Below are positions 23,615 to 36,049 of a DNA stretch of 43,768 bases, piece after piece. The notes under the pieces were generated by a model. It was given only the letters and a program-made list of their open reading frames with translations. It searched no databases and was not told the origin of the DNA. The first letter of the stretch is position 1. The number at the start of each line of letters is the position of its first letter. The stretch spans positions 166,519,839-166,563,606 of the forward strand of contig NC_068982.1 of NCBI RefSeq assembly GCF_001194135.2, given 5' to 3'. The translations under genes were made by a program, and so were the position numbers. Source of the DNA: Octopus bimaculoides. Its lineage: Eukaryota.

Positions 23615-23686
23615 CAGCAACACCAAAAGGTCGCCGTAAGCCTTGAGTTTGTTTTTTGTTATCCATATCCCGAGGATCCATGGTAC
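23615..23686 (-). CDS. DOCK1: DOCK-A exon i (72 nt): TMDPRDMDNKKQTQGLRRPFGVA
   Basis: Acceptor ttctgcttgcag, donor gtatgt. Contains the LRRPFGVA motif. Confidence 0.95.
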
Positions 23687-23904
23687 CTGCAAGCAGAAAT
23701 ATAAAATATTTTTTAACAGTTAAAATAGCAAATGTAGAATTAAGTCATTGATATTCGTAAAACATGTGCTGCATTTAATCTGCAAGCTTTGATACACTGG
23801 TAAATAATCTAATCAAAAGACTCAAGTTAAAATTTCAAACCTTAGTGTCTTTCTTATTACCAATAGATTGTTTGCTTACTGATAAATAATTAAATAGAAA
23901 TCTC

Positions 23905-24085
23905 AGTGAGCCATTGTACTTGGTATTTATTGACCTGGAGAAAGCCTTTGACAGAGTCCCTCATTCTGTAATGAGATGGTGTCTGAGGAAGCTAGGAGCA
24001 AACAGATGGCTTGTGAGAGTCACACAAGTAATGTACAGGAGTGCTGACAGTAAGGTGTGAGCTAGCAATGAGTACAGCAAAAAAA
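23905..24085 (+). mobile_element. RTE-type RT fragment in the 602-bp intron between exons h and i
   Basis: PLYLVFIDLEKAFDRVPHSVMRWCLRKLGANRWLVRVTQVMYRS (RT domain 3). Confidence 0.9.
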
Positions 24086-24288
24086 AAAAAAAAAATGCTA
24101 AAGGTCTTGGACACACATACAAATAAGTGTGTATGTATGTATTTAACTACACTGTAAATTTTAAGCCAAGAGAACTTATTAACTTGCTTTAATATAATTT
24201 TCATTAACAGAATACAAGTACAAACATTTGGTCTTATAGAGTTCAAAATTTAAATCAATTTCACTGATTCCTACCATAATTCACTTAC

Positions 24289-24352
24289 CAATTCGAACTA
24301 TCTGGAATAATAAGAACACTTTTTCTCGTTGTCTGTCTTTGGAACCAAGATC
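24289..24352 (-). CDS. DOCK1: DOCK-A exon h (64 nt): DLGSKDRQREKVFLLFQIVRI(G)
   Basis: Acceptor ttttctag, donor gtaagt. Matches DLGSKDLKREKISFVCQIVRVG. Confidence 0.94.
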
Positions 24353-24983
24353 CTAGAAAAAAAGAAAAGGAAAGAAATTCATTTTAATTTTCTTTTATAA
24401 AATTAAATCAAGAAATGATGTATAGGCTCTCAGCTGAATCAATGAACTGGTTTCAATTCATGGTTGACGTTAATTCATGTAAGCTGCAATATAGCCTCAA
24501 ATGTGTATCTATCACTTTTTAAGTTTGTGAATATATATTTAAGAATTAAATCAAACATAAACTGAAACTTAGTAACAGCAATAATACTCAAGGTAATACA
24601 GTTAAAAAAAAACTAAAGTTATGAAGGCAGGATAAATAACAACAGTGAAGTTTAGGAAAATAATGAACTTTAGTTAGAAGCTACTTTTTTTTTTTTTTTT
24701 TACATTTAGCATAATACATGAAATACCTTCATATATTTCTCTCACTCTCTCACACACAAATAATGCTAAAAATTATAAGCAATATGTCTGCATGCATGCA
24801 TGCACACACACAATTAGACTGTATTATTTACTGTGAATTCTACAAAATGCAGAACTTAAATGTAAAAATATAGTATTGGATTTGAAATGTTCAATACTTT
24901 GCAGAGATCACAGGAATTCCCCATGACTAATCTTGTACCAGGGTAAAACTGCTAGTCATTGTGAAGTATCAAACTTACCAATG

Positions 24984-24987
<4 letters not shown>

Positions 24988-25020
<33 letters not shown>

Positions 25021-25030
25021 NNNNNNNNNN

Positions 25031-25065
<35 letters not shown>
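24988..25065. repeat. (TA)n microsatellite spanning a 10-N gap
   Basis: Seen directly; N at 25021-25030. Confidence 0.95.
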
Positions 25066-25069
<4 letters not shown>

Positions 25070-25276
25070 CTTTAACATGAATATTATTGACTGTGATTTT
25101 GAAGTTTTGACCAGCTATGCCATCATCAGACTGTCTGATGATGGCTTAGCAGGCCTAAACTTTGAAGTCACTGTCAATATTATTCTTGTTAAAGAAAAAT
25201 TTATTTGTAACGTTCCAAATGCATTGAGTAATCCTTCAATTTAATGTAAAAATTATTTTAACATAAAAATACACAC

Positions 25277-25281
<5 letters not shown>

Positions 25282-25332
<51 letters not shown>
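25282..25332. repeat. (TG)n microsatellite
   Basis: Seen directly. Confidence 0.95.
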
Positions 25333-25335
<3 letters not shown>

Positions 25336-26359
25336 CATACATACATATATATATATATACAGAAATGTAAATTCTTAGTAGTGTACAGGGTAGTATATTG
25401 ATAATGGCAGAAAGAAAAATCAGTCAGAAGTAATGTTGGTATATTTATTTGCACAGATATAATATGTCTATGAATTTTTTAAGGAATACTGCTTAAACCC
25501 TGTTATCTTATATTCTTTCGTGTATGTGTTGGTGCCTAGCACTGAGATAAAGATTGACTCTCCAACATTAGACACAAGCATAAAAAAGAAGATAAAAATA
25601 TTTAGCAGTATCCAACTCATTCTTAGTGAAATTTGAAGGCATTTTATATTTATGTATAAATAAATAAAAATGCTATTATTTCTGACTAATTTTTTTCATC
25701 ATGATTAATACTATACACACACAAAATTTACATACTATAATAAATACACACACATAGCTATATATACTGTCATTATACATATATATATATATATATATGC
25801 ATAATATTGATTTAACTGGAAGCTCAGGTTTTGCCCTTAAAAGCTTATTCAACCAGTTGAATAAGCTGATATGCACAAAACCTTGTCAGTACTGCTGTTT
25901 TTTTTACAAGTTTATTAACAACATCAAACAATACATTTACACATACACAGATAGATAGATAGATATACATACAGTCAACAGATGAAATCTAGAGATGCTC
26001 AATATAGAAAACACAGAGTAGTGTTTAAATGATTTGAACTTAAACTCTGAAGTCTTTATCGAGGACTAGGTACATGGAGTTAGTACAGGTTTCAACCAAG
26101 AGATGTGTACATATGTGTTTATCTTCTGAATAAATTTAGTTTTTGTATATATATATATATATATAATTATCAAGCCTAATCGTGTTTATCTGCATGTCTA
26201 TCTCTCTCTCTATAAATATGTGTGTGAGAGAGAGAGAGAACAAGATAGATATAGGTAGAACGATATATTTTTATACAGCAACTTTGACAAAATTTGGCAT
26301 GTAGTAGCCAAGGACATGCCTGGATAATAGGCAGATATTGTGAATACTGTGCAATATTC

Positions 26360-26570
26360 TTTTCTACTCTAGGCACAAGGCCCAAAATTTTTAGGGAGGG
26401 GGCCAGTCGATTAGATCGATCCCCAGTACATAACTGGTACTTAATTTATTGACCCAGAAAGGATAAAAGGCAAAATCGAGCTCAGTGGAATTTGAACTCA
26501 GAACGTAACAGCAGACAGAATATTGCTAAGCATTTCATCCGACGTGCTAACGTTTCTGCCAGCTTACTGC
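26360..26570 (-). mobile_element. SINE type B (tRNA-derived), near full length
   Basis: Minus-strand A-box tggcagaaacgttag and B-box gagttcaaattcc, body ending in ccttgtgcctagagtagaaaa. Related remnants near 14690-14815, 31500-31620 and 36870-36965. Confidence 0.8.
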
Positions 26571-27099
26571 TTTGGTCCCAGTGACACACATTGCAAGATA
26601 ACTGGGACTATTTTGACACTACACAACACAGAGCACAGTAGTTATATTGTGACATAAGAACGTTACTATACAATGTTATATACATTATAACTGTCATACT
26701 ATGAATCACTGCATAAGCTGGATAAGACACATTTGTCATGCTGTGATATTATATAACAGAACCATTATACTATTTAACATTATAAAAACACATACAATGC
26801 ACTACAGCATATGTAATACAGCTGGCAATACTTACAAAAATAGAACAGTGCTACCATGAAAACATTCTTCATATTTAGATCAGCTTATTTTCAATTTGTA
26901 ATTTAACTGCATTTAAAATTTAGCATTTTCATGATTTAAGGAATTATTTTAACCCTTCAACCCATAAAGTGACAAAATCTAGCTGTCATAAAAACATTAA
27001 TATTTTTCAAACTGCCCATACCTACTGGCATGTTACCTTTCAGAAAAAGAAAACTCAAACAAATCATAGGAACCCTGTTGTTGGCATCCTTTTGTTTCA

Positions 27100-27425
27100 G
27101 GGGACAATGGAGTTGCACATAAACTAATCCAGTCTGGTTTTTAAATTTCATGTCCTCTCCAGTTTTGCGCAGGCCTGGGCTAGATGTAAGAAAATCCTGG
27201 GTAGCCCAATCGTCAGGATTCCTCTCTCGACCTTGCTGATGTAGTCCAAAGGAGTGCAGAGTCAAACACTAAACCACCTACGGGGCTCCACTCCAGATTT
27301 CTTTGAAGGTTGTCTCCTTTCCGTAACTCTGGATAGGGGCCCATACCGGGTACTGTCAGCCGGAGCCAGCTGAGCCCGGGACTCGTGTCAAGCAGGGCCT
27401 TCACTCCCTGAAGTAGTGAAGAAAA
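27100..27425 (-). mobile_element. Isolated GC-rich fragment, probably the 5' region of a second RTE-clade LINE family
   Basis: A local GC-rich island. tggagtggagccccgtagg..cctttggactacatcagcaaggtcgagagagg..cccaggcctgcgc..ggagagg resembles RTE-1-type 5' leaders as I recall them; not searched. Confidence 0.5.
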
Positions 27426-27599
27426 TCACTACCCACTACATAGGAACCAGTTATCCTTAAATCCATTGTTTTCATCATTTTTATGTGACTACATCAGCTT
27501 ATGTAATGGTTGTTATTAAAGTTAAGCAGATACTAATGTCAGCTTCATATATGAAAAAACTACAAATAAAATATAAATTCTACTTTCATCACACAGCAT

Positions 27600-27740
27600 A
27601 AGACATGATAGATTATGGCCTCATAGAGGCAATGACAAGTGACTGAGATGTTTGGTGATATGCCGTGCTTGTGAAGACCTGTCAAGCCAATGAAATCATA
27701 GTTGTGACTGAAGCCAGAGTCATGTAACAGGCAAACATAC
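27600..27740 (+). mobile_element. RTE-type LINE ORF-end fragment
   Basis: ggcctcatagaggcaatgacaagtgactgagatgtttgg..gaagacctgtcaagcc matches 10461-10560. Confidence 0.75.
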
Positions 27741-28553
27741 TCATATGAGGTCATGAAACCATCAAGACTGTGTGACAATTTAACCAAAATTCAATGGCAG
27801 AAAAGTAAATGAAACTGAACATTCCAAGACTTAAAGAAGAATTTAGAAAAGAAACAATTACAACCATGTTTACCAACATCAGCTAACTTGCTTTTAATGG
27901 TTTTGGTGCATCTTACGATATAACAACTTTGATTACCAAAAGCAACAAACCATACACACTATGAGCAAATTATTGTTATATTATGATTTTTGAATTCTAA
28001 TAAATTCTCTAAAGTATATATCACTAGTATGTGTGCAAAGATGGAGCCTGATTAGAACAGTGATCTCATAAGTCAAATCAGTGTACCTCAGGGAATCTTT
28101 CGTTATCTCAACTAATGAAAAGGAAACTTATGCAACAAATACTAAAATATGTGGCCCATTTCCTTTTCACTTTGTCTATATATGCTGAGCCAAACAGTTT
28201 TTTTGTTTTCAACCTTATACATATGCTTGTCCAAATAGATTCTAGAGTATCTTCCTTCAGAATTTGAGTTGTGAAATCTTTACACTTAAACATTATTTAT
28301 TTAATAATTTATCAAAATTTTCTTTAAACTTCAGTAAATGTCATTTAATCTGTTAATTGTAAAGTAGGCAGTACATAGGAAAAGATTGTTAAGCATGAAA
28401 CAACACAGTGCATAGCTTGCTCTCATTAACTTCGGTGTCAACCCAAAACTCTTTCCCCATTAAAACTTAGTATGTTCAATATACATAATAGACTTTGAAT
28501 AAATAAAAAAATCCTAACAATATTTTCTTATTCTGGAATTAACAGATACTCAC

Positions 28554-28635
28554 TGTGAACACAACTCTGAAATTATTCAACATATCTATATCTTTAGGCA
28601 TTCCTTCTTTACCCCATTTCACAACATAATTTTCA
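28554..28635 (-). CDS. DOCK1: DOCK-A exon g (82 nt): (S)[27 protein letters not shown]
   Basis: Acceptor ttttccag, donor gtgagt. Matches [28 protein letters not shown]. Confidence 0.95.
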
Positions 28636-29431
28636 CTGGAAAAATAAATAAAAGAGTAAGTATAAACCTTAAAGGAAAAAACAAAACAAAAATAATTTGT
28701 AACAAAAATAACTCCTGAAATTCTGCAATACATGCTCAGGTAATGTATATAGGTGGAACAGAGTTGCTAAATTTCTTTTGAAAAAGTTCTCTCTTAAGTG
28801 CTGGGTTGGTCTTGTATATCAAGCCTTACTTATGATAATAATATACTCATTGTCACAATTGGAATGATATCTGAATGTTAACTACATATAAATATTTGAT
28901 TGAGTAATATGCCCACATTTCAGAGAAAAACTAGGTTTCAAAAGCAATGTCACTAAAATCTCACTAAACCAGCATTTTCACTCAATCAATAAGCATCTAT
29001 GGTAAATGACACAGTGATGGATGTTGTTATAAAAGCAAACACAGGAGGTCTACAGAAATTTATCTGCATGAAAAGATCCCCCCAGTAAGATACAAGTGTT
29101 TTTTTGCACTATGTAAATTCATTCAAGTAAATTTATATTTACTATGTTGATATGAAAGTCTGATTCAGCCTATATAAAAATAGGCAGTGAGCATATTTAG
29201 ATATTACAACTGGATGGACTATTCAATAACTTACAATTGAGTATTATAAGTTATTGATCAATACTGATCAAAGTTGGTTTAGCTGAGTCATTTCACAAAA
29301 TCAATTAATTTCCTGCACTATACTGGGACAATTGATCAGAAGACTAGGTTGCTTTTTATCCAAAATATTTGCATAGCACTAACAATCCATCATTTGCTTT
29401 TCATTACCTGGATGAGATATAATTAACTTAC

Positions 29432-29580
29432 CTAATAAAGTTTCCTGTTTGTTCATCATAGAGATTCATCAGCAGATCTGCATCTTCCCCAATTCGACAT
29501 ACAAAGTTCCGCAACATCACGTACACTCCAAATGTTGGTTGAATTAATGGTTTCACTTCTACTTCAGTGGAATTTCGACT
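29432..29580 (-). CDS. DOCK1: DOCK-A exon f (149 nt): [49 protein letters not shown]
   Basis: Acceptor ttttcatcag, donor gtaagt. Contains the NFVCxIGEDA family motif. Confidence 0.95.
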
Positions 29581-30129
29581 CTGATGAAAACATAAGCAAT
29601 AAAAAAAAAAATAGAAGAACAAGAAAATTTATTTTTAAGCACACTATTTATATCCATTTGCCCAGTATTCAAGGATTGGCAGTGTTTCTACCAGAAATAT
29701 TGTACTCTTGTATTGTGAGAAAATTGTCACACTACAGTTTATAAATTTAAAGATAGAAAGAAAAGTTCTGAGATAAAGGTACTGCTTCTAATGACTCGTA
29801 GTCATCAGTTCATACCAAACTACTTAAAACACGGAGTCATTTTCAAGCTGTGAACATAACTTCTTCACTGACAATGGACTCCATTCCAGCAACATGAATT
29901 TCTTTTTGTTTTAATCTTTTTTTTTTATATTGGATTGATTCTGAAGAGGAGGCCTTGCATATTCCTCTGAGATTGGTGAGATCTCAGAGGGATGTTGAAA
30001 TAGGAATCGCATCCAGGCGTAAAACCAAATCCTCCAGAAAGCTGCAAACTAAGAACACAAAAATAAATGTCCTAACTATGCTGGTATAGAAAGATGGGCG
30101 TTAAAAAAAGATAGAGTAACCCCTAACCC

Positions 30130-30160
<31 letters not shown>

Positions 30161-30299
30161 ACAGGAATCACTGCACTGACATGACGAGGTGACAAGAGAT
30201 CAAACAAACTATTTCTATTATAACAGTACCAAAAAAAAAGTATTTTAACAATTTCAGTGCTTGCATATTTAAAAAGAAAATTCAAAATAAACAACACTG

Positions 30300-30600
30300 T
30301 TATCATTTAACATCCAATTTTCATGTTGATGTTGAGTTTGATGGTTTGAAAAGATCTAGCAAGCTAGAAGGCCATGTGAAGCTCCAATGTCAGCTTTACC
30401 ATGGTTTCTATAGCCAGGATGCTCTTTTTAATGCCAACTGTTTTACAGAGTGTACTGGGTGCCTTTTTTCATGCCAATGGAACTAGTGAGGTTGCTATGT
30501 AAACTTGCAAGTCAAGAAAAGAAGAAAAGGTGGGGATAAAAAGCTCCTGATACTAAAAGGGGAGTCAGAGGGGAAAGTGGAGGTGGGTGGCTTTAAACTA
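30300..30600 (-). mobile_element. RTE-type LINE 3' UTR fragment
   Basis: catggtttctatagccaggatgc..ttacagagtgtactgggtgcc is the reverse complement of the 42620-42770 type end. Confidence 0.7.
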
Positions 30601-30724
30601 GGTGTGGAAAGGTTAAAATATGGTAGAGGAACAAGCAGAAGAATAACCATCTTCCAAAAATCAAAACACAGACATTTGATATTAATTCAGCTAAAAACAA
30701 TACCTAAAAATATTTGAAATTTCC

Positions 30725-31330
30725 TGATGGTGACAACGTTGTTGTTGCTGCTGTCATCGTCATTTAACGTCTGTCTTCCATGCTGGCATGGGTTGGACAG
30801 TTTGACAGGGGCTGGCAAATCAGAAAGCTGCACCAACTCCCACTGTCTACTTTGACATGGTTTCTAAGGCTAGATGCTCTTCCTAATGCCAACCACTTTA
30901 CAGAGTGTACTGGGTGCTTTTTTATGTGGCACCAGCACTGGTGCTCTTTTACATGGCACAAACACCAGTGGGGTCACCAAGTAACTTGTGAGACAAAAAC
31001 CTCTTAGCTGGGAGAAAGAGTGTATAATAGAGTATAATAGAGGGATAGAAATAGGTAGGTATCTTACTATAAAGGAAATACTTAGCTAGCCCAGTAGGAA
31101 ACGAAAGGAAAGGAAGGAGAGATAGAAAGATAGAGAGACAGTTAGAATAAGAGAGAAAAATAAATAGTGTTGGAAATGCATTGGGACCTACTCACAGGGA
31201 ACAGTGAGTGGGAGATAGAACAGAGGGGATAGAAGGGGATGTTCCATAAGAATGTGACGGGAGATGTTTAGAGACAGGGAATTGAATTACAAGAAGATTT
31301 GTTATACACCAAGTCCGAAGGGTTGGCAAT
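30725..31330 (-). mobile_element. RTE-type LINE 3' UTR with CT-rich spacer
   Basis: (ATC)-type tail, ccatgctggcatgg stem-loop, tactgggtgcttttttatgtggcacc units, then a purine-rich stretch equivalent to the pyrimidine-rich 41950-42480. Confidence 0.8.
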
Positions 31331-33259
31331 TTGTCTCCTGTTAATGGTGCTACAATGTTCAATTCACTTTGTTGTGAAGCTGTAAATAATGACTAACCTA
31401 CTGCAGTAAGCAGTGGAAGCGTTGTATAATTAAAGGAAGTTTTGAGTGTTTACAACATAGACAATCTTAAAGCAATTAAGTTCCAGTCTGAATGTCTTAT
31501 AACATTTAATTTAGTCTCTTCACATTCAGAGTTCAAATCTGTTAAAGCTAACTTTGATTTCCATTCATTGATCCACAGTTGATAAAATAAGTACCAAGTT
31601 TAAATAGGTGTAAATTCAACAAAATATACAGAAATCACTTAAAATTTTGTATATTTGTGTTAAGATAATAAATCAATATGTTGTTACATATTTCATTTCA
31701 AGCCAACAAAGGAATCTTATGCTAGATCAGGCATAAGCAACCTTTCATGAGAAGTGAACCATATGAAACACAGTTCATATTCAAGTGGATCATGCTACTA
31801 AAAAAAAAAATTTTTAATAATAAAGGTAATTTTTTTTGTTGGTGTGCCATGTAGAAAGTCTCAATGGTTGCAGTTTACTCAAGACCATGGAAGATGATCA
31901 ATGAACCTGCTAAAAATAGTAACCAAATCTTGCTTCAACCACATCTTATCTTTAAAAAAAAAAGACATAAGGCTAAACAAAAGCAAATCTTGTTTATAGC
32001 AAACATTTGCGTAGAATTTCTATGTTTGAACTAAAAGCCAATAAGAGCAAGAAAGGTAAAAAAAAGCTTTATTTCTGACTAAGCAGATTTTGATACAAAT
32101 AGAAGCTACTTATGTGGGGGTTTTTTTACTCTCTTTTGCAACACGTTTACATTTGTTATTGTTACTTAATATGGACTGGATGTTACTACAAAAGTTTGTA
32201 TTTGTATTAACTGAAAAGTATATTTTATGCAGTACAGACAGCAGTAAAATAAATATAGGAACTATTTTCAAGTGAGGTAATTAGTATCTTATCTTGACTA
32301 AAAGATCAATGTAATTCATGTAGCCTGATTAGTAAGTATAATCAGTAAATTTTCTACTATAACTCTTCAGCCTTCAAATTCACATATTCAGTGAACCTAA
32401 AGTGCTTTGCTGTGCACTTGAATAACCAGAATAGGTAATGATTTTGAGATAAATTAAATAGAGTTTTTTAATGAATCTCAATTATTCTGTTAGAAAAAAA
32501 AAAAAATTTTATTGAAAAAAAAAAAGAGAAAGAAATATATTGATTTGTTCACTTTTTAAAAACTTTTATCTCAGAATGTACAGATTTCTTTAAAATAGAC
32601 AGGCACAAGACTATTTATTTTTGTAGGTTCTGGGATAGTTGACTAGAATTCAAAGCTTAGAGAGCCGAAATTAAATAATATAAAGGTTAATTCTGATGTT
32701 CAACAATTTCTAACTCACAGTTCCTATATTTTTCAGTTTTATTTAAGTCTCTGAGACAGATAATCTAAAAATTAAGCAAATGATTCAACAAATATAATTA
32801 TACCCACACATACACATAGAAACTTAGAAACTTCAAACTGTATAATGTATGAAAAGTTCAAACACATAAGCAGTATAATACCAAAAGGAATTAGCATGTG
32901 TAGATTAAAGGAGAAAATACATTAGTTGAACATGATCCACTGGGAATATGAATACAAGGTATTAGTAAGAAAATTATGCATGGAGTTGAAATTTAAGGAA
33001 GCTAGACAGAGGAGTTTGCTAAAATTATGGGAATGGAGAGAAAGAGAGATAAGATAAATTCAGGATGTTTTTCCTAGGTTTAGGCTACATCAAAAAAAGA
33101 GAGGTAGAAGGACCATATGTTTATTAAAACCTAAGGAATCTTACAAGGGCAACAACACTCCCTTTAACTGATGCTATCAATTTGGGAGTATTTTGACTGT
33201 AGAAAAACTATGCATTATCAGATGTACTGTAGATAGAGTTGATAAATTAATTCACTTAC

Positions 33260-33292
33260 ATTTTCTTGGATTCTTTTAGCTGCAAGAACATG
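33260..33292 (-). CDS. DOCK1: DOCK-A exon e (33 nt): HVLAAKRIQEN
   Basis: Acceptor tttttcag, donor gtaagt, phase 0/0. Fills the HEIASKQVEERL position between exons d and f. Confidence 0.85.
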
Positions 33293-33990
33293 CTGAAAAA
33301 TACAAGGAAAAATACAAGTTATATAAAAACAATTTTTTTGTTGTTGTTTCTCTAAGAACTCCAAAGAGATGGATACTGTATAAGTTAAATATGTATGTAA
33401 ACATGGTCTATCAGTTATGTGAAGGAGAGGCAAAGTTGTGGAACTCCTTAAAAATGTTCAATGTAGTTTAAATTTTGAGACAGTTTGCAAAATTTTGTCA
33501 TGTGAGGGGAAAAAAAATTGCTGGAATAAATAAATGTTGGGATGTCATTAAAGAAATTAAAATTGTAAATCATGTGAGAAGTTGATACTTCAGTCCAGCA
33601 ACACAAAATCTCATATTGGATGTCCCTGAGAGATAAGTGTTTTAATGTATATTTTTCTACTGTATACTAAACCACTGTGATGTCTATTAGTTTTCTATCA
33701 ATTCAAGCACTACATTCTTTAGTAACAGACTTCATATCAGTAGCCAGAAAAATATAAATTGCTACAAGTTTTTTTGGATTTGATCTGGGTTTACCTTCAG
33801 TCTGGCATTTCTGTCAATCAAGTTTCAGATCATAGACTTATTTTGCACCAGTGCAATTTTGACAAAATTGGTAAGCAAATAAAGAGGGTATAAAAAAAAT
33901 ATTTTGATTTTGAGGTAACAAAGAAGCCAAATGCTTTAGTAAAAGAAAAGTAGACAATATTTTATAATGACATATAAATCAAGGACTCAC

Positions 33991-34078
33991 CTGACGATAA
34001 ATCTTTACAGTGCTGGTTTTCTGAGGATCAATAATATTTCCTTCATCATCACGCACCACAAGGTCCATCTTTAAGGAA
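33991..34078 (-). CDS. DOCK1: DOCK-A exon d (88 nt): (V)SLKMDLVVRDDEGNIIDPQKTSTVKIYRQ
   Basis: Acceptor ttttcaaaag, donor gtgagt. Matches [28 protein letters not shown]. Confidence 0.93.
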
Positions 34079-34189
34079 CTTTTGAAAAAAAAAATGTAAA
34101 ATAACATGTCAGGTGTGATGCGTATGCACACACACACACACACACACACAAAACAATATATATGTCATTTTCAGTCAGCAGACATTACA

Positions 34190-36000
34190 AAGGGTATGCA
34201 CCTTCTTGATGAGGATCAGCATCTTGAGATTAAGCTTTCACTATGTTTCCTTCTTCTACAAGTTCCTTCCACTTGGATCTTGGTACTTCTTTACTCAACT
34301 GTCATCCTTCAGTACCAATGCAGTCTTTTCTCTTACATCTAATTCCCTATTTGCTCTTGGGTCATTCTCACTCCATTATTTAAGCAAACTAATTTTACAC
34401 ATCCATCAGAACATATTGCATTTTTTCCCAGCCTTTATACATCATCTACATTCAATTCCCATGTTTATTTATCATACAATATTGCCCTTCATACACAAGC
34501 ATCATACAATATGTCCTTCACTTGTAGAGGGAAATTTTCTACTGCTATTAGAGGCAATAATTATTCCATGAACTCTTCCCATTTCCTCCTTATTCTGGCT
34601 TCTATGTTTTCAGAACATGCTATTCACTATTTCTTAGTTCACCTGTCTAACAGAAGCTGCCAACTACTTCTTTGGAGTTTTCCAGGTATCTGAAAGAATT
34701 AATTTCATGGGTTCTCTATACTGCTAACTATTCTTAAGTGTTTGCTACATGTCACCTGCCTGTGATGTCACCATATTTCTTGTGCATCTATAGTTTACAG
34801 TACAGATTTTTCACATGTTCCTTTTTAATATATTAAATCTGGTGACTTACCTGAAGGCAGTATAGAAAACTGTCTTCTTTCTTGCTAACTATCACTTTTG
34901 TTCTTTCTAGGTCTATTTTGAAATTTATCAAATATAGGATTTGCTTCCATATTTAGAATTTCTTTTCTAATTTTTCAACAAATTCAGCTACAAGAACTAG
35001 GTTATTGCTGTACAGGAGGTCTCCCAGAAAGTTAATCTTAACTCTTCACCTTTCCAAGGGGTTTTCTTGCCTTTTATTGACATAACAGAAAAATAAAATC
35101 ATGTAATTTATAAAACATGTGTTAAAAGAGGTTAGATAAAAGTTATATGACAACTCCAGATAGATTTCATACGTCAGAAGATTTGAGTAATGATAGTGAA
35201 GATCAGTATGTGACTTCAGCTGATTCATATAGCTCAGAATCTCTTGAAAAAAGATTTAGAACACAAAAGACATACCCAACAGTAGGTAAGAGAAGCTGCA
35301 CCTGTAGGGCCAAGAAATGTATTACCATTGCATTTTTATTCTATATCAGAATAAAATGATTTTTAAATAATTTAAAATAAAATTTTGTATCAGAATAACT
35401 GACAACAGAATTTATTTGATGAATAACATTAAATTTTTGTAATAAGCTTTGTGTAGAGACAAAGATAGCTCATACATTCTAATAGAAATAAATTTCTAAC
35501 AACACAATAAGAATATTGCTGTTATGTAATATCGGAATGTGTATTATATATGATACATAGAATGGAAAAGAGTTAAACTCTTCTGTTTGGCCTAGGGAAT
35601 TAACCATAAACAAGAGTGGGATAGAAATTAAGCCCTAATGGACACCTACATGCAAACTAATTGCACCCTGAACTTGTTGCTCACAACGGCTGTTCCCATA
35701 GCTTGCACAACTCTCACAAACTATTCATCTACATCCATTCATCAAACTACAGAGCATGGCGCTCTGCTCAAGGCCTTTTCCAAGTCAGTCCATGCAAGGT
35801 ATTGCAGCTTACACTTACCTAGTTGTCTAATTATGGAAAGGGCATTGGAGGAATCTTGCCCTGGTACATATTTGAATTGCATCTCATTTAAGCTAATTCT
35901 CTTAATTAGCTGTGATTCAGCTATTTCTATTCCTGTCATAACTTGGTCCATAAATTTGATGTGCCGTGCGTGCGTGCGTGCGTGCAGTGACAATCTCACC
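34190..36000 (-). mobile_element. Decayed RTE-type LINE RT/C-terminal region, interrupted at 35042-35572
   Basis: IKFMDQVM..SLNEMQFKYVPG..LAWTDLEKALSRAPCSV (35742-36002). The frame continues across the insertion as TEEFK|INFLGDLLYSNNLVLVAE..KKF; the C-terminal part matches 41600-41830. Confidence 0.85.
35042..35572 (+). mobile_element. TTAA-flanked 531-bp insertion (piggyBac-like non-autonomous element) carrying a 70-codon ORF
   Basis: TTAA at 35038-35041 and 35573-35576; degenerate TIRs ctcttcaccttt and aatggaaaagag (9/12 match). Removing the element and one TTAA restores the LINE frame aca gaa gag ttt aag. Confidence 0.75.
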
Positions 36001-36049
36001 ATGGTATTAGAAAATGTCCACCTTATGATAGAAGCCTGTAAGTGAATGG

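Noticed and set aside
26945-26975. ttaa-cccttc as a second piggyBac-like left end
   Set aside because: No matching right end or second TTAA junction could be identified.
29400-29431. Second donor 24 nt downstream of exon f
   Set aside because: Extension reads straight into TAA, and it is too close to the exon to be a recursive site.
31735-31860. hAT-like end caggcataagcaacc (also cagagttctcaac near 5868)
   Set aside because: Only one terminus is recognisable and there is no TSD.
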